DNA of 64,000 nt, taken from the NCBI RefSeq assembly GCF_009914755.1, contig NC_060945.1, one strand, 5' to 3'. The stretch comes from the human T2T-CHM13v2.0 reference genome, Homo sapiens. The notes beneath the pieces are model-generated. The model was not told the origin of the DNA. It ran no database searches and worked only from the letters and a program-made list of their open reading frames with translations. The translations under genes and the position numbers were made by a program. Shown here piece by piece: positions 15,150 through 27,240 of this stretch (positions are counted from its first letter, which is position 1; every line of letters begins with the position of its first letter).

Positions 15150-16200
15150 ACTAAGAGGTGACGCATGTAACACACCAAATGTAAACAGGTCTTGTTCAAA
15201 AAAGCCCGTTCGGGTTGCTCCTTGACTTATATTTTCTACCCAGTCACAGGGATCTCACCAGTAACTGGGTCTACCTGATTACGTTTCTCATATGGATCTC
15301 TTTCCAGAGAGCATTATACAAAGAGATAAAACAATTAATGGAAGTTTAAAAACACAATATAATCAGTTATATTCAATTCACTGATTTGTTATTTTAAATA
15401 CAAACATAATATAAATATAACAAAATCTTGATCTATGGCGGTATGGATCTGTTGTTAGCTTCTGGCGCCATATTCCGAAAATGCAGTGGATATTTAGACC
15501 AGTTAAAATTAGTAAAAGGGCTACTGTCCTGGTTCTTTATGGATTTATTTCTTGTTTTGAGTGTCTGCTCTTAATCATTCTTCTTGCCTCTTCAAAAACT
15601 CCATGTTCTGTGTTTTAAATCTATTCACATCAGTTCTCATTAAACTGGTCAATTCCTGGTATCATTTCTGACACACTAATGATAGAAATGCTCAGTTTCA
15701 AGCATTTTCTCAGTTTCCAGATGTCATTGATTCACAGGATTTCTATAGCTCTTTACATGGTGATTATTATTATCTTGGATTGCATGACTTTAAGCAACGC
15801 TGAAATGTAAAGGTGATGATTCGGCTCAGAAAAGTTTTTCAAAATTGCCTACTGCATCTGCCTAGGAAAAGCTTTCTCCCCACCTAGTGCTGTGACCACC
15901 AAGACTTTCCAAAGATCAGGATGGGTTTTTCCCCGGCGGGGAAGCTACTTCCACGTGGAATTCATTCTCAGAAATACTTCCCTATCACTCAATTTTTCCC
16001 GTAAGTTCCTTGCAACAACAGCCACCAGTCTTGTTATTACTTTCCTTGTCACGTACTTGAATATTCTCCACCCAGAGGAATTTTTTAATCCATGTATCTA
16101 TGCACTACGTAAGCAATGATAAAATATCCACATAAACTCTGGCAGAGCCTGTCATCTTGTAGACTCATGGGTACTTATCATTTTCCACGGCCCAATGTTG
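15150..16200. promoter_or_regulatory. Candidate enhancer: unique, CpG-retaining, motif-dense segment
   Basis: GGGTTTTTCC (15923), TTCCACGTGGAA palindrome (15949-15960), TTCTCAGAA (15965), TTCCCGTAA (15996), paired ATGGCG cores (15434-15472), TGTAAACA and TGACGCA. Motif matches only. Confidence 0.35.
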
Positions 16201-17894
16201 TTGGCAAACTCAGTATTTTGCAGAGGACTTAACAAAATAAATGCATATGAATCTGTCTTCAATGTGCCCTTATCTTAGAGTATTTCTAATGGGTCTCAGG
16301 CTAACTCACTTTTTTAAGTTTCCGCTTCTTACAGAGAATATTTATTCCCAACATCTCAACTTACAAATGCTGAATTTTATATCTCTTCATAGTTTTTCTG
16401 TACATTTTAAAAATGCAACATGCCTGCATTGTATTGTGTGAAGCTGGAATCATTATTTTTAGGGAACAGTATCTCAACAAAAATAAAATCCAACACTCTC
16501 AACTGAAGAACATTATAATACATCTTAGGATGACTGTTTTAGCTTGATATCATGAGATGGTATTAAGAAGCAGTGTGAGCAGAACTGTATTTGAAATTTA
16601 TCCTCATCTTTTGACTGATTTAAATAAGTTACCTCTGCTTTGAATATAAACGAGTCAGCAGGCATAATTCCTGTGGTTAGCTGAGTTACCCATCCCTAGG
16701 AAGGAACATATTCAGTTTATACATGAATCTGTAGATTCATATGTAGGCTATGGATTTTTCATTTTGAATTATAGGTTACACAAAAATGTATAAAACTCAA
16801 TCTTTTTGTTTTTATGTGGAATCCCAATTTTGCCATAAGGATTCCAGTACCATCTTAACCTTTTGTTACTCATATGTAGCAGAATTAACTATTGTTTTGA
16901 CACAAATTAGTATATGGAATTATACATTAGAGACCTGGAATTTTCCATAGCCACCCTTCGTAGTATAGAAAACTCTCACATTTGGTAATAAAATTTGCAC
17001 ATTGATCCTCGCTCAAAAATCATCTTCATATTCCAAGACTATGCTGAAGCTATTACAAAAACTGCTCTGGGGATCATGGTGGTGAGTACTCTGGCTTAGG
17101 ATGTGGGAGCTTAGAGTATGGGACTTCAGAGGCCAGGCCAAGTCAGTGAGTATGGTTCCAATGAGTGTGGCTGTTGTCACCCATTCTTCTGTGAGAAAAC
17201 AAGTCTTGTGGCTTCTACTGAAAACTTTGATAGCTCAAAGCGATTACCATGAGATTAATCAGCTCAATTTCAAATGATGAGAAATCCTCTTCTTTTCACC
17301 CACCGTTTATAGAACTGGTAATCACCTCTACATCGCTGAGTAACTCTCCACTGCTGGCCACAATTAACATGGGAGTTAGCCTACATCAATCATACTGATC
17401 AGATTCTCTGACATCTGAAACATTTGAACATTTGAATTGCAAATCTCAACATTTTAATTGCAGCTCCTCTTGTCAACTTATTTTTCACTCTAACATCAAC
17501 TATTTTTTCTGCATTCCATGTCTCAGAATGCTTACATTTTCACTTTTTCAATAGAAATGCTTAATCTGCCCTAGGAAATATTGTTCTTATTTGTGTTTAT
17601 TCAGTTCAGTAGGCTTTTGATGTCACAGGTACATTATTTGGAACTCAAACATAAATTTCTCTTCACTTGCAGCTGCAGGTAATTTATCCCCTAAGAATGG
17701 CTGAGTATATGTATGAAAAAGTTGAGTCACCTAATATCTTGTAGCTTCTTATAAAAGAAGAGATGAAATTTGGCTTCTTGTTTACTTTTGCCTTTTTCAT
17801 GAGAAAATGTATTTTCCTCTTATTCTTACATTCAAACACAGCAGATGCACAGGAGATTTTAAAAGCCAGAGATAGTAAACAGGAAGAACAGTCT

Positions 17895-18351
17895 TGCCTT
17901 AGTTTCCCATGGCTGCAGTAACAAAGTACCCAAGCTGGATAGATTTAAACAACAGAGATCTATTTTCTCACAGTTTTAGAAGCCAGAAATCCAGAATCAT
18001 GTTGTTCAAATGGCCATGTTCTTCTGAAGACCCTAAGGGAGAATCTACCCCATCCCTTTCTCCTAGTTTCTGCTGTTGCCAGCAGAATGCTTTGAATTCT
18101 TTGGCTTGTAGACTCATTACTCCAATCTTGCCACCATCGTGATATGGCATTCTCTCTGTGTATCTCTGCATCTCTTCTCTTCTTATAAGGACATCAGTCA
18201 GATTGATTTAGGGCCACCCAGAGTACGACCTCATCTTAACTTGATTGCATCTGCAAAGGCCCTATTTTTCTAAATAAGTCCTATGCACAGTACCAGGGGT
18301 TAGGAACCCAAAATATCTTTTTGGAGAACACAGTTACAACCCACAATAACA
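17895..18351 (-). mobile_element. MLT1C-like solo LTR
   Basis: 'ttagtttcccatggctgcagtaacaaagtacc..ttctcacagttttagaagccagaa..cttataaggacatcagtca..catctgcaaaggcccta'. Confidence 0.85.
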
Positions 18352-18629
18352 CCCATGGTTATTGAGAGTTTCTCAAAATATTCAACCTCAGAATGAGCGA
18401 AAAGGGCAGATCTCCCCTCGTATATTTGCTTCTGTGAGAATTAGGGACCACTTGTACTATTGACCAAGAATAAGTAAAAACCTTAAGACATCAGGAAAAA
18501 GAAGCACACACTGTATCTGTCTTGGAAAATAACAGTGCTAAGGCATCAAAGTCTACTGATAGGAAAAATTAATGACTATAAGCCTATGAAAAACAAAAAT
18601 ACCAGTTTGGCCAACTGCCTGAGACCAGG

Positions 18630-18845
18630 GAATTAGGAATCAGGCTGACCTGGCTTCAAGTCCTAGCTCTGCTATTTAGTTATCTGTATAATTCCTAATA
18701 GCTGGTTTTACTAAATTTTCATTTATTTATTGGTAAAGTGGTGATAATATGCCATCTTCACTGAGTTTTTGTGAAAAATAAATAGGTTAGTACCTGTAAG
18801 ATGCTTAGTAGACTGGCTGGCACATAACAGCACTCAGTAAAGATC
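18630..18845 (+). mobile_element. MIR SINE
   Basis: 'gacctggcttcaagtcctagctctgcta..gtaaagtggtgataata..tggcacataacagcactcagtaaa'. Confidence 0.7.
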
Positions 18846-18946
18846 ATATACATCTATGTTTATCTTCCCACAAAGTAATAAGCTAAAGATAATTAAATTA
18901 TCTATTAATCAGAGTTCACAAAAAAAATAATTTTAAATGATCCAGG

Positions 18947-21224
18947 TATATGATTTGCCTGTGCCTCCACCCAAATCTTAATTGTAACTTTTATATTTCC
19001 CACATGTCATGGGGAAAAGCCGGTGGGAGGTGATTGAATTATGGGGGCAGGTCTTTCCTGCACTGCTCTCATGACCAGTGAATGCGTCCCATGAAATATG
19101 ATGGTTTTAAAAATGGGAGTTTCCCTGCACAAACTCTCTTCCCTTGTCTGCTGCCATGTGAGACATGCCTTTTACCTTCCACCATGATTGTGAGGTCTCC
19201 CCAGCCACATGGAACTGTAAGTACAATTAAAACCTATTTTTCTTCCCAGTCTCAGGTATGTCTTTATCAGCAGTGTGAAAACAAACTAATAGAGTAAATT
19301 GGTACCAGTAAAGTGAGGTGCTGCTAAAGATACCTGATAGTGTGGAAGCAACTTTGGAACTGGGTAACAGGCAGGGGTTGGAACAGTCAGGAGGGATCAG
19401 AAGAAGACAGGAAAAATGTGGGAAAGTCAGAAACTTCCTAGAGATGTGTTGAATGGCTTTGACAAAGATGATGCTGATAGTGATATGGAAAATAGCATCC
19501 AGGTCGGGGTGGTCTCAGATGGAGATAAGGAACTTGCTGGGAATTGGAGCAGAGGTGACCCTTCTTATGTTTTACAAAGAGACTGGCAGCATTTTGACCC
19601 TGCCCTAGAGATCTGTGGAACTTTGAACTTGAGAGAGATGCTTTAGGGTAACTGTCAGAAGACATTTCTAAGCAGCAAAGCATTCAAGATGTGACTTGGG
19701 TGCTCTTAAAGACATTCAGTTTTAAAAGGGAAGCAGAGCATAAAAGTTTGGAAAATTTGCAGCCTGACAATGAAATAGAAAAGAAAATCCCATTTTCCAA
19801 GGAGAAATTCAAGCTGGCTGCAGAAATTTGCATAAGTAGCAATGAGCTGAATGTTAATCCCCAAGACAATGGGGAAAACATCTCCAGAGCATGTCAAAGG
19901 CCTTCACGGCAGCTCCTCCCATCACAGGCCCAGAGGCCTAGGAAGAAAAAGGTGATTTACTGGGCCAAGCCCAGTGTCTCTGTGCTGTGTGCAACCTAGG
20001 GACTTGGTTCCCTGTGTCCAAGCCACTCTAGCCATGGCTGAAAGGGGCCAATACAGAGCTCAGGCCATGACTTCACAGGGAGCAAGCCTCAAGCCTTGGC
20101 AGCTTCCTGGGGCTGTGAAGCCTACCAGTGCACGGAAATCAAGAATTGAGGTTTGGGAACCTATGCCTGGATTGCTGAGCATGTATGGAAATGCCTGGAT
20201 GTACAGGCAGAAGTTTGTTGCAGGGTCAGGGCACTCATGGAGAACCTCTGCTAAGGCAATATGAAAGGGAAATGTGGGGCCAGAGCCCCCACACAGAGTC
20301 CCTACTGGGGCACCACTGAGTGGAGCTGTGAGAAGAGGGCCAATGTCCTCCAGACCCCAGAATGGTAGATCCACAGACAGCTTGCACCATGTACCTGGAA
20401 AAGCTGCAGACACTAAATGCCAGCCCATGGAAGCAGCCAGGAGGGAGGCTGTACCCTGCAAAGCCACAGGGGCAGTGCTGCCCAAGACCATGGAAACCCA
20501 CCTCTTGCATCAGCAAGACCTGGATGTGAGACATGGAGTCAATGGAGATCATCCTGGAGCTTTAAGATTTAACTGCCTTGCTGGATTTTGGACTTGCGTG
20601 GGGCCTGTAGCCCCTTTGTTTTGGCCAATTTCTCCTATTTGGTATGGCTATATTTACCCAGTGCCTGTACCCCCATTGTGTCTAGGAATTAACTAACTTG
20701 CTTTTGATTTTACAGGCTCATAGGTGGAAGGGACTTGCCTTGTCTCAGATGAGATTGGAATGTGGACTTTTAAGTTAATGCTGAAATGAGTTAAGACTTT
20801 GGGGTACTGTTGGGAAGGCATTATTGGTTTTGGAATGTGAAGACATGGAATTTTGGAGGGGCCAGGGGCAGAATCATAAGGACTGGCTCTGTCCTCACCC
20901 AAATATCATCTTGAATTGTAACTCACACAATTCCCACGTGTCATGGGAGGAAGCCGGTGGGAGGTGATTGAATTATGGGTGCGGGTCTTTCCTGTGTTGC
21001 TCTTGTGATAGTGAATGAGTCTCATGAGATCTGATGGTTTTAAAAACAGGAGTTTCCCTGCACAACTCTCTTCTCTTGTCTGCCACCATGTGAGATGTGC
21101 CTTTTACATTCCACCATGATTACAAGGCCTCTCCAGCCACATGGAACTCTAAGTCCATTAAAACCTCTTTTTCTTTCCAATCTCAGGTATGTCTTTATCA
21201 GCAGAATGAAAACAGACTAATACA
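18947..21224 (+). mobile_element. Full-length THE1B-type MaLR provirus (5' LTR 18947-19293, internal 19294-20873, 3' LTR 20874-21224)
   Basis: Two direct LTRs, 'gtaaattggtacc' after the 5' LTR, PPT 'ggaggggccaggggcagaa', perfect TSD 'ccagg' (18942-18946, 21225-21229), and frameshifted MaLR internal ORF pieces. Confidence 0.95.
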
Positions 21225-21876
21225 CCAGGAAAAATGTAACTCAAATTATAATGTGTCTTATATGTTTCTTAGAATTTTCTGTTTTATCTAACTATACATA
21301 TCCCTCTGCAGTATTCTAAAAAACCAGACCTATTTAATTGAAAAGTACAGTCCTATAACTGGATACTCAGTATCACTGAAATAAATGAATAAATTTTAAC
21401 TGGTAATTGAAAAAGAATTATTAGTTGCAGCTCATGATGATGATGATGACTATGATGAAATCAGAAATTTCCACATGATCTAATGATTGTCACTGAATTA
21501 CTGGCACAGCTAATATATATCATCTCAAGAAACCTGTACCCTTTCCTTATTACAGTGTTCCATTCACTGTAATAGAGCTTCCCAGGAACAGGCTATTCAG
21601 TACGTATGTGCTGGACTTCTCAAGCATCTACTTTCATGAGCCATTTAATCTGTCCTACTATGCCACAGAGAGCTTAGCACACGTGAAACTACTTGAGGGG
21701 GAAAAAGACGCAATTTCTATGAGCATATCAAATTCCACCCAAACTGACATTGGCAGATCATAGCGCACTACAGAAACAGATAGTATGGGCACCAAACCCA
21801 GAATAAGAATCTGTGATATTTGTTAGAAAACAGGACACATAAGCTAACTTTTCAATGATGAGCAGGAGTTAGCCAA

Positions 21877-22401
21877 CATATTAGTCTATTATGTTGCTGA
21901 TAAAGACATACCCAAGACTGGGAAATTTACAAAAGAGGTTTAATAGACTTACAGTTCCTCATGGCTGGGGAGGCCTCACTATCATGGCAGGAAGGCAAGG
22001 AGGAGCAATTCATGTCTTACATGTATGGCAGCAGGCAAAGAGAGAGCTTGTGCAGGGAAATTCCCATTTTTAAAACAATCAGATCTCATGAAACTCATTC
22101 ACTATCACAAGAACAGCACAGGAAAGACCCACACCTATAATTCAATCACCTCCCACAGGGTTCCTCCCATGACACCTGGGAATTGTGGGAGTTACAATTC
22201 AAGATGAAATTTGGGTGGGGGCACAGCCAGACCATATCATTCCACCCTGGACCCTCCCAAATCTCATGTACTCACATTTCAAAACCAATCGTGCCTTCCC
22301 AACAGTCCCCCAAAGTCTTAACCCATTTCAGCATTAACTCAAAAGTCCACAATCCAATATCTTATCTGAGACAAGACAAGCCCCTTCCACCTATGAGCCT
22401 G
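21877..22401 (-). mobile_element. Truncated THE1B-type element: 3' LTR (21877-22239) plus about 160 bp of internal 3' end
   Basis: LTR ends 'cagccagaccatatca', followed by rc PPT and internal sequence 'ttccaccctggaccctcccaaatctcatg..cctatgagcctg', then an abrupt loss of homology. Confidence 0.92.
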
Positions 22402-23046
22402 GATAATCTGAAGCAATAAAACTTCATCAACCACTGCAGTTCCTTTATGTGACATGAAAACAGATCCCTGTGGGAATTACAGGGTCCCATAAAATATAAA
22501 AGACTATAAAGTTTTTGATGTGTGTTAATGAAACGAAATGTCTGGTTTGCTTACCTAGGTAAGTTTATTAGGAAACTGATTTAGATTCACTCGCTCACAG
22601 ATATAACAAAACATAAATGATATAACTAACACAACTAGGGGGTTATAAAAACCAACTTTACTTATTTGAGAGTAGGTTTTTCAGGCAGTCTGATTTCAAA
22701 GTATCTCAGGGTGGAAGACTATGGTTGTGGACTCTGCTCCTTAACTGCTAAGGTGAGGACAAGAGAAAGGGAAGCTGTAAGAAATATTAAAGCATCAACT
22801 ATATTGCAGAAGTTTTACATCAGAGTACATCATAATCTGGAAATATAAGAAGCTACATAACTAATAAGGTAGAAAATGATTGCTTACCTTGTCAAGAAAT
22901 ATGGATGCCACTGTAACTACAGTTGGAGGCATAACCACAACCAGGTCACCAAAGATTCCATGGTCATTTAATACCCAGGTGTCACAAAATCCATAGACAT
23001 TCCTATAGACAGAGCCACATGCACATTCCCCATAGACATTTCCTTG

Positions 23047-23584
23047 TGTGGCAGACAGACTTTTGAAATGACTCCCAAATGATCCTCACTTCCTGTTATA
23101 CATACTCTTGTGTAGTCCCCTTCCCTTAAGTGTAGGATGAGCCTAGGTTCTTGCTTCTAATGGATAGAATACACAAAATGAGACGGGATGTCACTTTGAA
23201 GATTAGGTTTTCAAAGACTGACTTTCATCTTGCTGGCACTCTCTTTGACTCTTTTCATGAGTTCTTTGATGGAGTTGCCCACATGGCAAACAACTGTGGT
23301 TAGTTAGGAACCTAGGGTTCCAGTCCAACATCCTTCGAAGAACTTAATTCTTCCCACAGCCATGTGAGTGAGCTTGGAAGAGGATTCTTCCCCTGTGCAG
23401 ACTTCATTTGGGACTGTAGCCCAAGCCAACCGCTAGCGAAAGCCTTTCAAGAAACTCTGAAACAGATAACCTAGCTGAACCATGCCAGTATTCCTAACAC
23501 CCAGACACAATGAGATAACTCTGGGTGGTTTTAAGGCACTCCATTTTGAGGTGACTTGTTACACAGAAATAGGTAACTAATACA
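23047..23584 (+). mobile_element. MLT1F-like solo LTR
   Basis: Runs from 'tgtggcagacag' to 'ggtaactaataca'. TSD ccttg/ctttg. Confidence 0.82.
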
Positions 23585-24339
23585 CTTTGGTAATTACAAC
23601 CTATGATGTCAGGATTAAAAAATTTAGTCAGACACCAAAGAAAAAGTTATTTGAGTTTAAATCCCATCTTCTTCAGAGATCATATATTTAATTTCAAAAG
23701 TGATTTTCATGCATGAACATTGCTTCACTCTGGATAGGTTGGAGTACTTTGTAAACTTTCACTGCCCTAGAATAAGAGTGAACAGCCCAGTTTCTGGAAA
23801 AAAGCACAGCTCAAACCCAGACCCACCACTTGTTAGATTCTTAATTTCTTTCTTCTTAAGTTGCTTCATCTGCACTACGTGGATAATGATAGCCCCTATT
23901 ACAAGGTGCCCAAAACTCTGTCTTATACATATGAAGAGTTCAATAAGTGATTGCTAGTCTTGTTTTAAAACATCTAATTACCTTTAGTCACAAGTGTCTT
24001 GTCATTGCTAGAGAGTTTTCCAATCTATTTTCAGCTAGTTTGTGAAGGCTTTTTTTTTGATGAGCTCACTATAAAATGAGAGATGAACACATCATTGGAG
24101 TCACTAGATTAATCTCCTGTGTTTAATATTCACGACCTTCAGTAGAACTCTCTGCAAGTTCAGCAACAGCAAACAGTTATTGAGGTCCTGCTCTGTGCAG
24201 AGAATCATTACACATGCTCAGATAAAATAGTAGAACAGCCTGCCTTTTCAGAAGTATAAGCAAAATAAGTCAGATTTGTAAATGAAAGAAATTTCATTAA
24301 TCTAGTATACTGACTTTAAAAACTGGATATTCCTTAGAA

Positions 24340-24490
24340 ATACCTAGGGCATTTAAAATATGTACACACCAGTGCCAGGGCCCTACTCACAGAGAATCTC
24401 ATTCAATTTAAGATGGAACCTAAAATTAAATGCTTTTTAAAAGCTCTCTGGGGGATTATAATGCACAAGCAGAGTTGAAAATGATTGATT
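24340..24490. mobile_element. MER5A/B-like hAT MITE among MIR/L2 remnants (about 23800-25400)
   Basis: 'ccagggccctactcacagagaatctcattcaatt..ttttaaaagctctctggggattataatgcaca..gttgaaaa'. Confidence 0.6.
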
Positions 24491-25744
24491 TAGCGCAAAC
24501 CCTCCACTTAAAATGTTAAGACTTACAGAAGCTTATTTCAGGTGACATGGTTAAGTTAGTGCTATAACTAACACTAAATGTTGTGCCTTCTGATACTGGA
24601 TAAATGGTTGTTTAATTACCAAATAACATCTGCATTTCACTGTACTTATTTATATATTTAATCATTCATAAAACAAATATTTACTGAGAATTTTTTCAAT
24701 GCTGGAAATGGGCATACAATGCTAAGCAACACAGAGTCACCCAGTGATTTTTTTCAAGATTAAAATTTTCTAGAGGAGATTGGCAGTAAAAACTAAATTA
24801 AGAAAACAACAATATCTATAAGTATATGACTGCAGCCCTGAGACTGCACTAAAGGCAGAGTATCAGATTCATTAGAATAGTAGGAGACCTGATTTAAATT
24901 AGGAAGAAAAAGAATCCTTTTGGGGGAGTGATTTTTAATCTAGAGATTATATGTAACTGGATTTTAGGATAGGCTGCTAAAAATTATACCCTAGAGGTAA
25001 CTCTTTTCCCCCCATTCCCCCACAAAAAAGATCAATCTCAGTAAGGCTTGCAAAAATTTTCTTAAAAGATTATCTAAATGATAATGATAATAACACAAAT
25101 TGTCTCTTAAATACTTGATTAAGTGCTTTGTGTGCATTATTTTATTTGGTCATCACAGTAATCCTGTTACTATAGATCTCTTCTTAAGAGCAGCTCTTTC
25201 TAAAAACCTCAAACTAAATATGAATAGTGAAAAAGTTCACATTTTCTTCTTGGCATACTGTCTTCACCAACACATATATTTCAGTCATTAGAATGAGATG
25301 ATGACTCACTAAATCCTCAACTTAAATAAGCATCTTGAAAGGCATCCTATTCTAACAACCTCATTTTGCAGATGACATTTGCAAGGAGCTAGGCAGCCCT
25401 GCACAGCCAGTGAGTTCAGAAACTTGCATGATCTCAACCACTCCCTTGATGGATCTTACAATCTAAGCATAGCATCTGTGAAGCATATAAAATAGAAGGC
25501 AGAGAATAGCAGGCAAATTATGAGTGACATTATTATATAAATTCAAAATGATGAGTGAATACCAAGTGGTAAAGATGACAGCAAATCATACCTCTGGAAA
25601 CTATAAAGGCAGAAGCAGGGACTCAGTTTAATAGCTAACCGATGCCCTCTTGAGAACCAACACACTTGGGCTGCAGAAAGGCAAGAAGGAGTCCATTAAC
25701 AATTAGATTGAATGTTGATAAACTGGAACTGATTATTTAGTTAG

Positions 25745-26469
25745 TGATATGGACAGGAGGCAGGGAAATACTGGGTAGAAGAGGGCAGTTCCCCAGCAAA
25801 GGCCCCACCCTCAAGCCTGGAAACCCATGGCACTGAATGGGAACAGGCATTCCTGTTTTTGTGCCCAAATGCTGCCTTTTCTAAGACCACTCTGGCCTGC
25901 CACACCCCTATCCTGTCCCCATATAAACCCCAAGCTCCACTGGCAGAGCAGCAGAACAGTGTGGCAGAGAAGGAGAGAAGAGAAGGAGTATCTCAACATC
26001 AAGATGAGTTCAGCTAAGGATGATCAGAAAGGAGATCAGTAGTAAGATGGAGGAACACCAGGGAAAGATCATCTTGCCACTTCATCCCCTTTCCAGCTCC
26101 CCATCCATCCCACAGAGAACCACCTCCATCATTCAGTAAAATCCCCACATTCGCCATCCTTCAAGTCCATGTGACCTGATTCTTCCTGGATGCCATACTA
26201 GACCCGGGCACCAAAAGGGCAGGGTATAAAAGGCTGTCACCCTGACTCTCCACCAAGCTGGTTAACACTTAGCCATCCATGGACAGCAAAGATAAAAGCA
26301 CACTGTAACACACCTAGACACTGCCATGGGGCCAGAGCCCAAAACTGCTCACCCTGGCTCACCTGCATGCTTCCCCTCCCACAAGAAGTTTGAGTGCATG
26401 GAGGCTGAGGAAATGAGCCACACCCCTGTTCCAAGTCCCACAGAGGTGTCAGGGAACTCTTCTGCCTCA
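25745..26469 (+). mobile_element. MER50 solo LTR (ERV1)
   Basis: 'tgatatggacaggaggcagggaaatactgggtagaagagggc..ggccccaccctcaagcctgg', TATA-like 'catataaacc', end 'gggaactcttctgcctca'. TSD ttag/ctag. Confidence 0.85.
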
Positions 26470-26869
26470 CTAGGGCTATTCAAAATCAACGTTTTTTTTC
26501 TTATCACTTTTATCAGGTTCACACATATATGGCTCATTTTATTTAAGTATAAAACTTTCTTTCCAAATCACAGGGGCTATGTCTAAGACAATCTATGTTT
26601 GGCAGGTGAAAAAAAATGCCCTGAATTGGGAACAAGGCTAGAGAGAAGCAAAAGGTGCCAATATTAACTTACATAAAGATAACCTAGAGTCATAAAATAT
26701 TACCTAAGAAAAACATTTTTGCAAGTGTTTGGGGGCACCTATTCCAATAACTGTATGTGTTAGTGTTTTCTCACATGTATTCAAAGCTTTGCATAGCAAA
26801 ACAATGTCTGTAGGTTTTAGTTAACAGATTATATTGTGGTGTGTAAATACAAAACTATGGAAATATATG

Positions 26870-27240
26870 TAGAGGGTGAGGAAAGACTTCCCAAAAGAAG
26901 TGGGGTCTAAACTTTGTTGGCAAAAGAATACAGGTACTTTGGGGTGATGAGAAGTCAAAGAAAGAGAAGAATGTAGAGGCTGAAAAGAAGTTCAGACGAT
27001 TGCGGATAGACTAGTTTGGCTGTTGTGCAGTGCTAGAGAGATGTAAACGCATGAAGATGTATCATGGCAAGAATAAAAAGCTAAGGTAGCATTGGAGACC
27101 TCCTAAGAATTTTATTAGGTGGATCTCATGATGATTATTTTACTTTTAAATAACATTAATTTGACTGTGTTCATGGGAGAAATTAAAGAGAGGAAAGATT
27201 GAACCTAAAGAGACCCATTGAGAGACTCTTGTAGTTACAT
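26870..27240 (-). mobile_element. Degenerate L2 fragment
   Basis: 'ggaaagacttcccaaaagaagtgggg..gacccattgagagactcttgtagt'. Confidence 0.5.

Noticed and set aside
19416-20696. Cluster of 76-143 aa ORFs, with homologues at 50230-51548
   Set aside because: These are frameshifted remnants of the THE1 internal ORF and its antisense frames. Neither provirus has a continuous reading frame.
22990-23043. Degenerate 'catagaca(tt)' triplication
   Set aside because: A short slippage-type repeat with no further structure.
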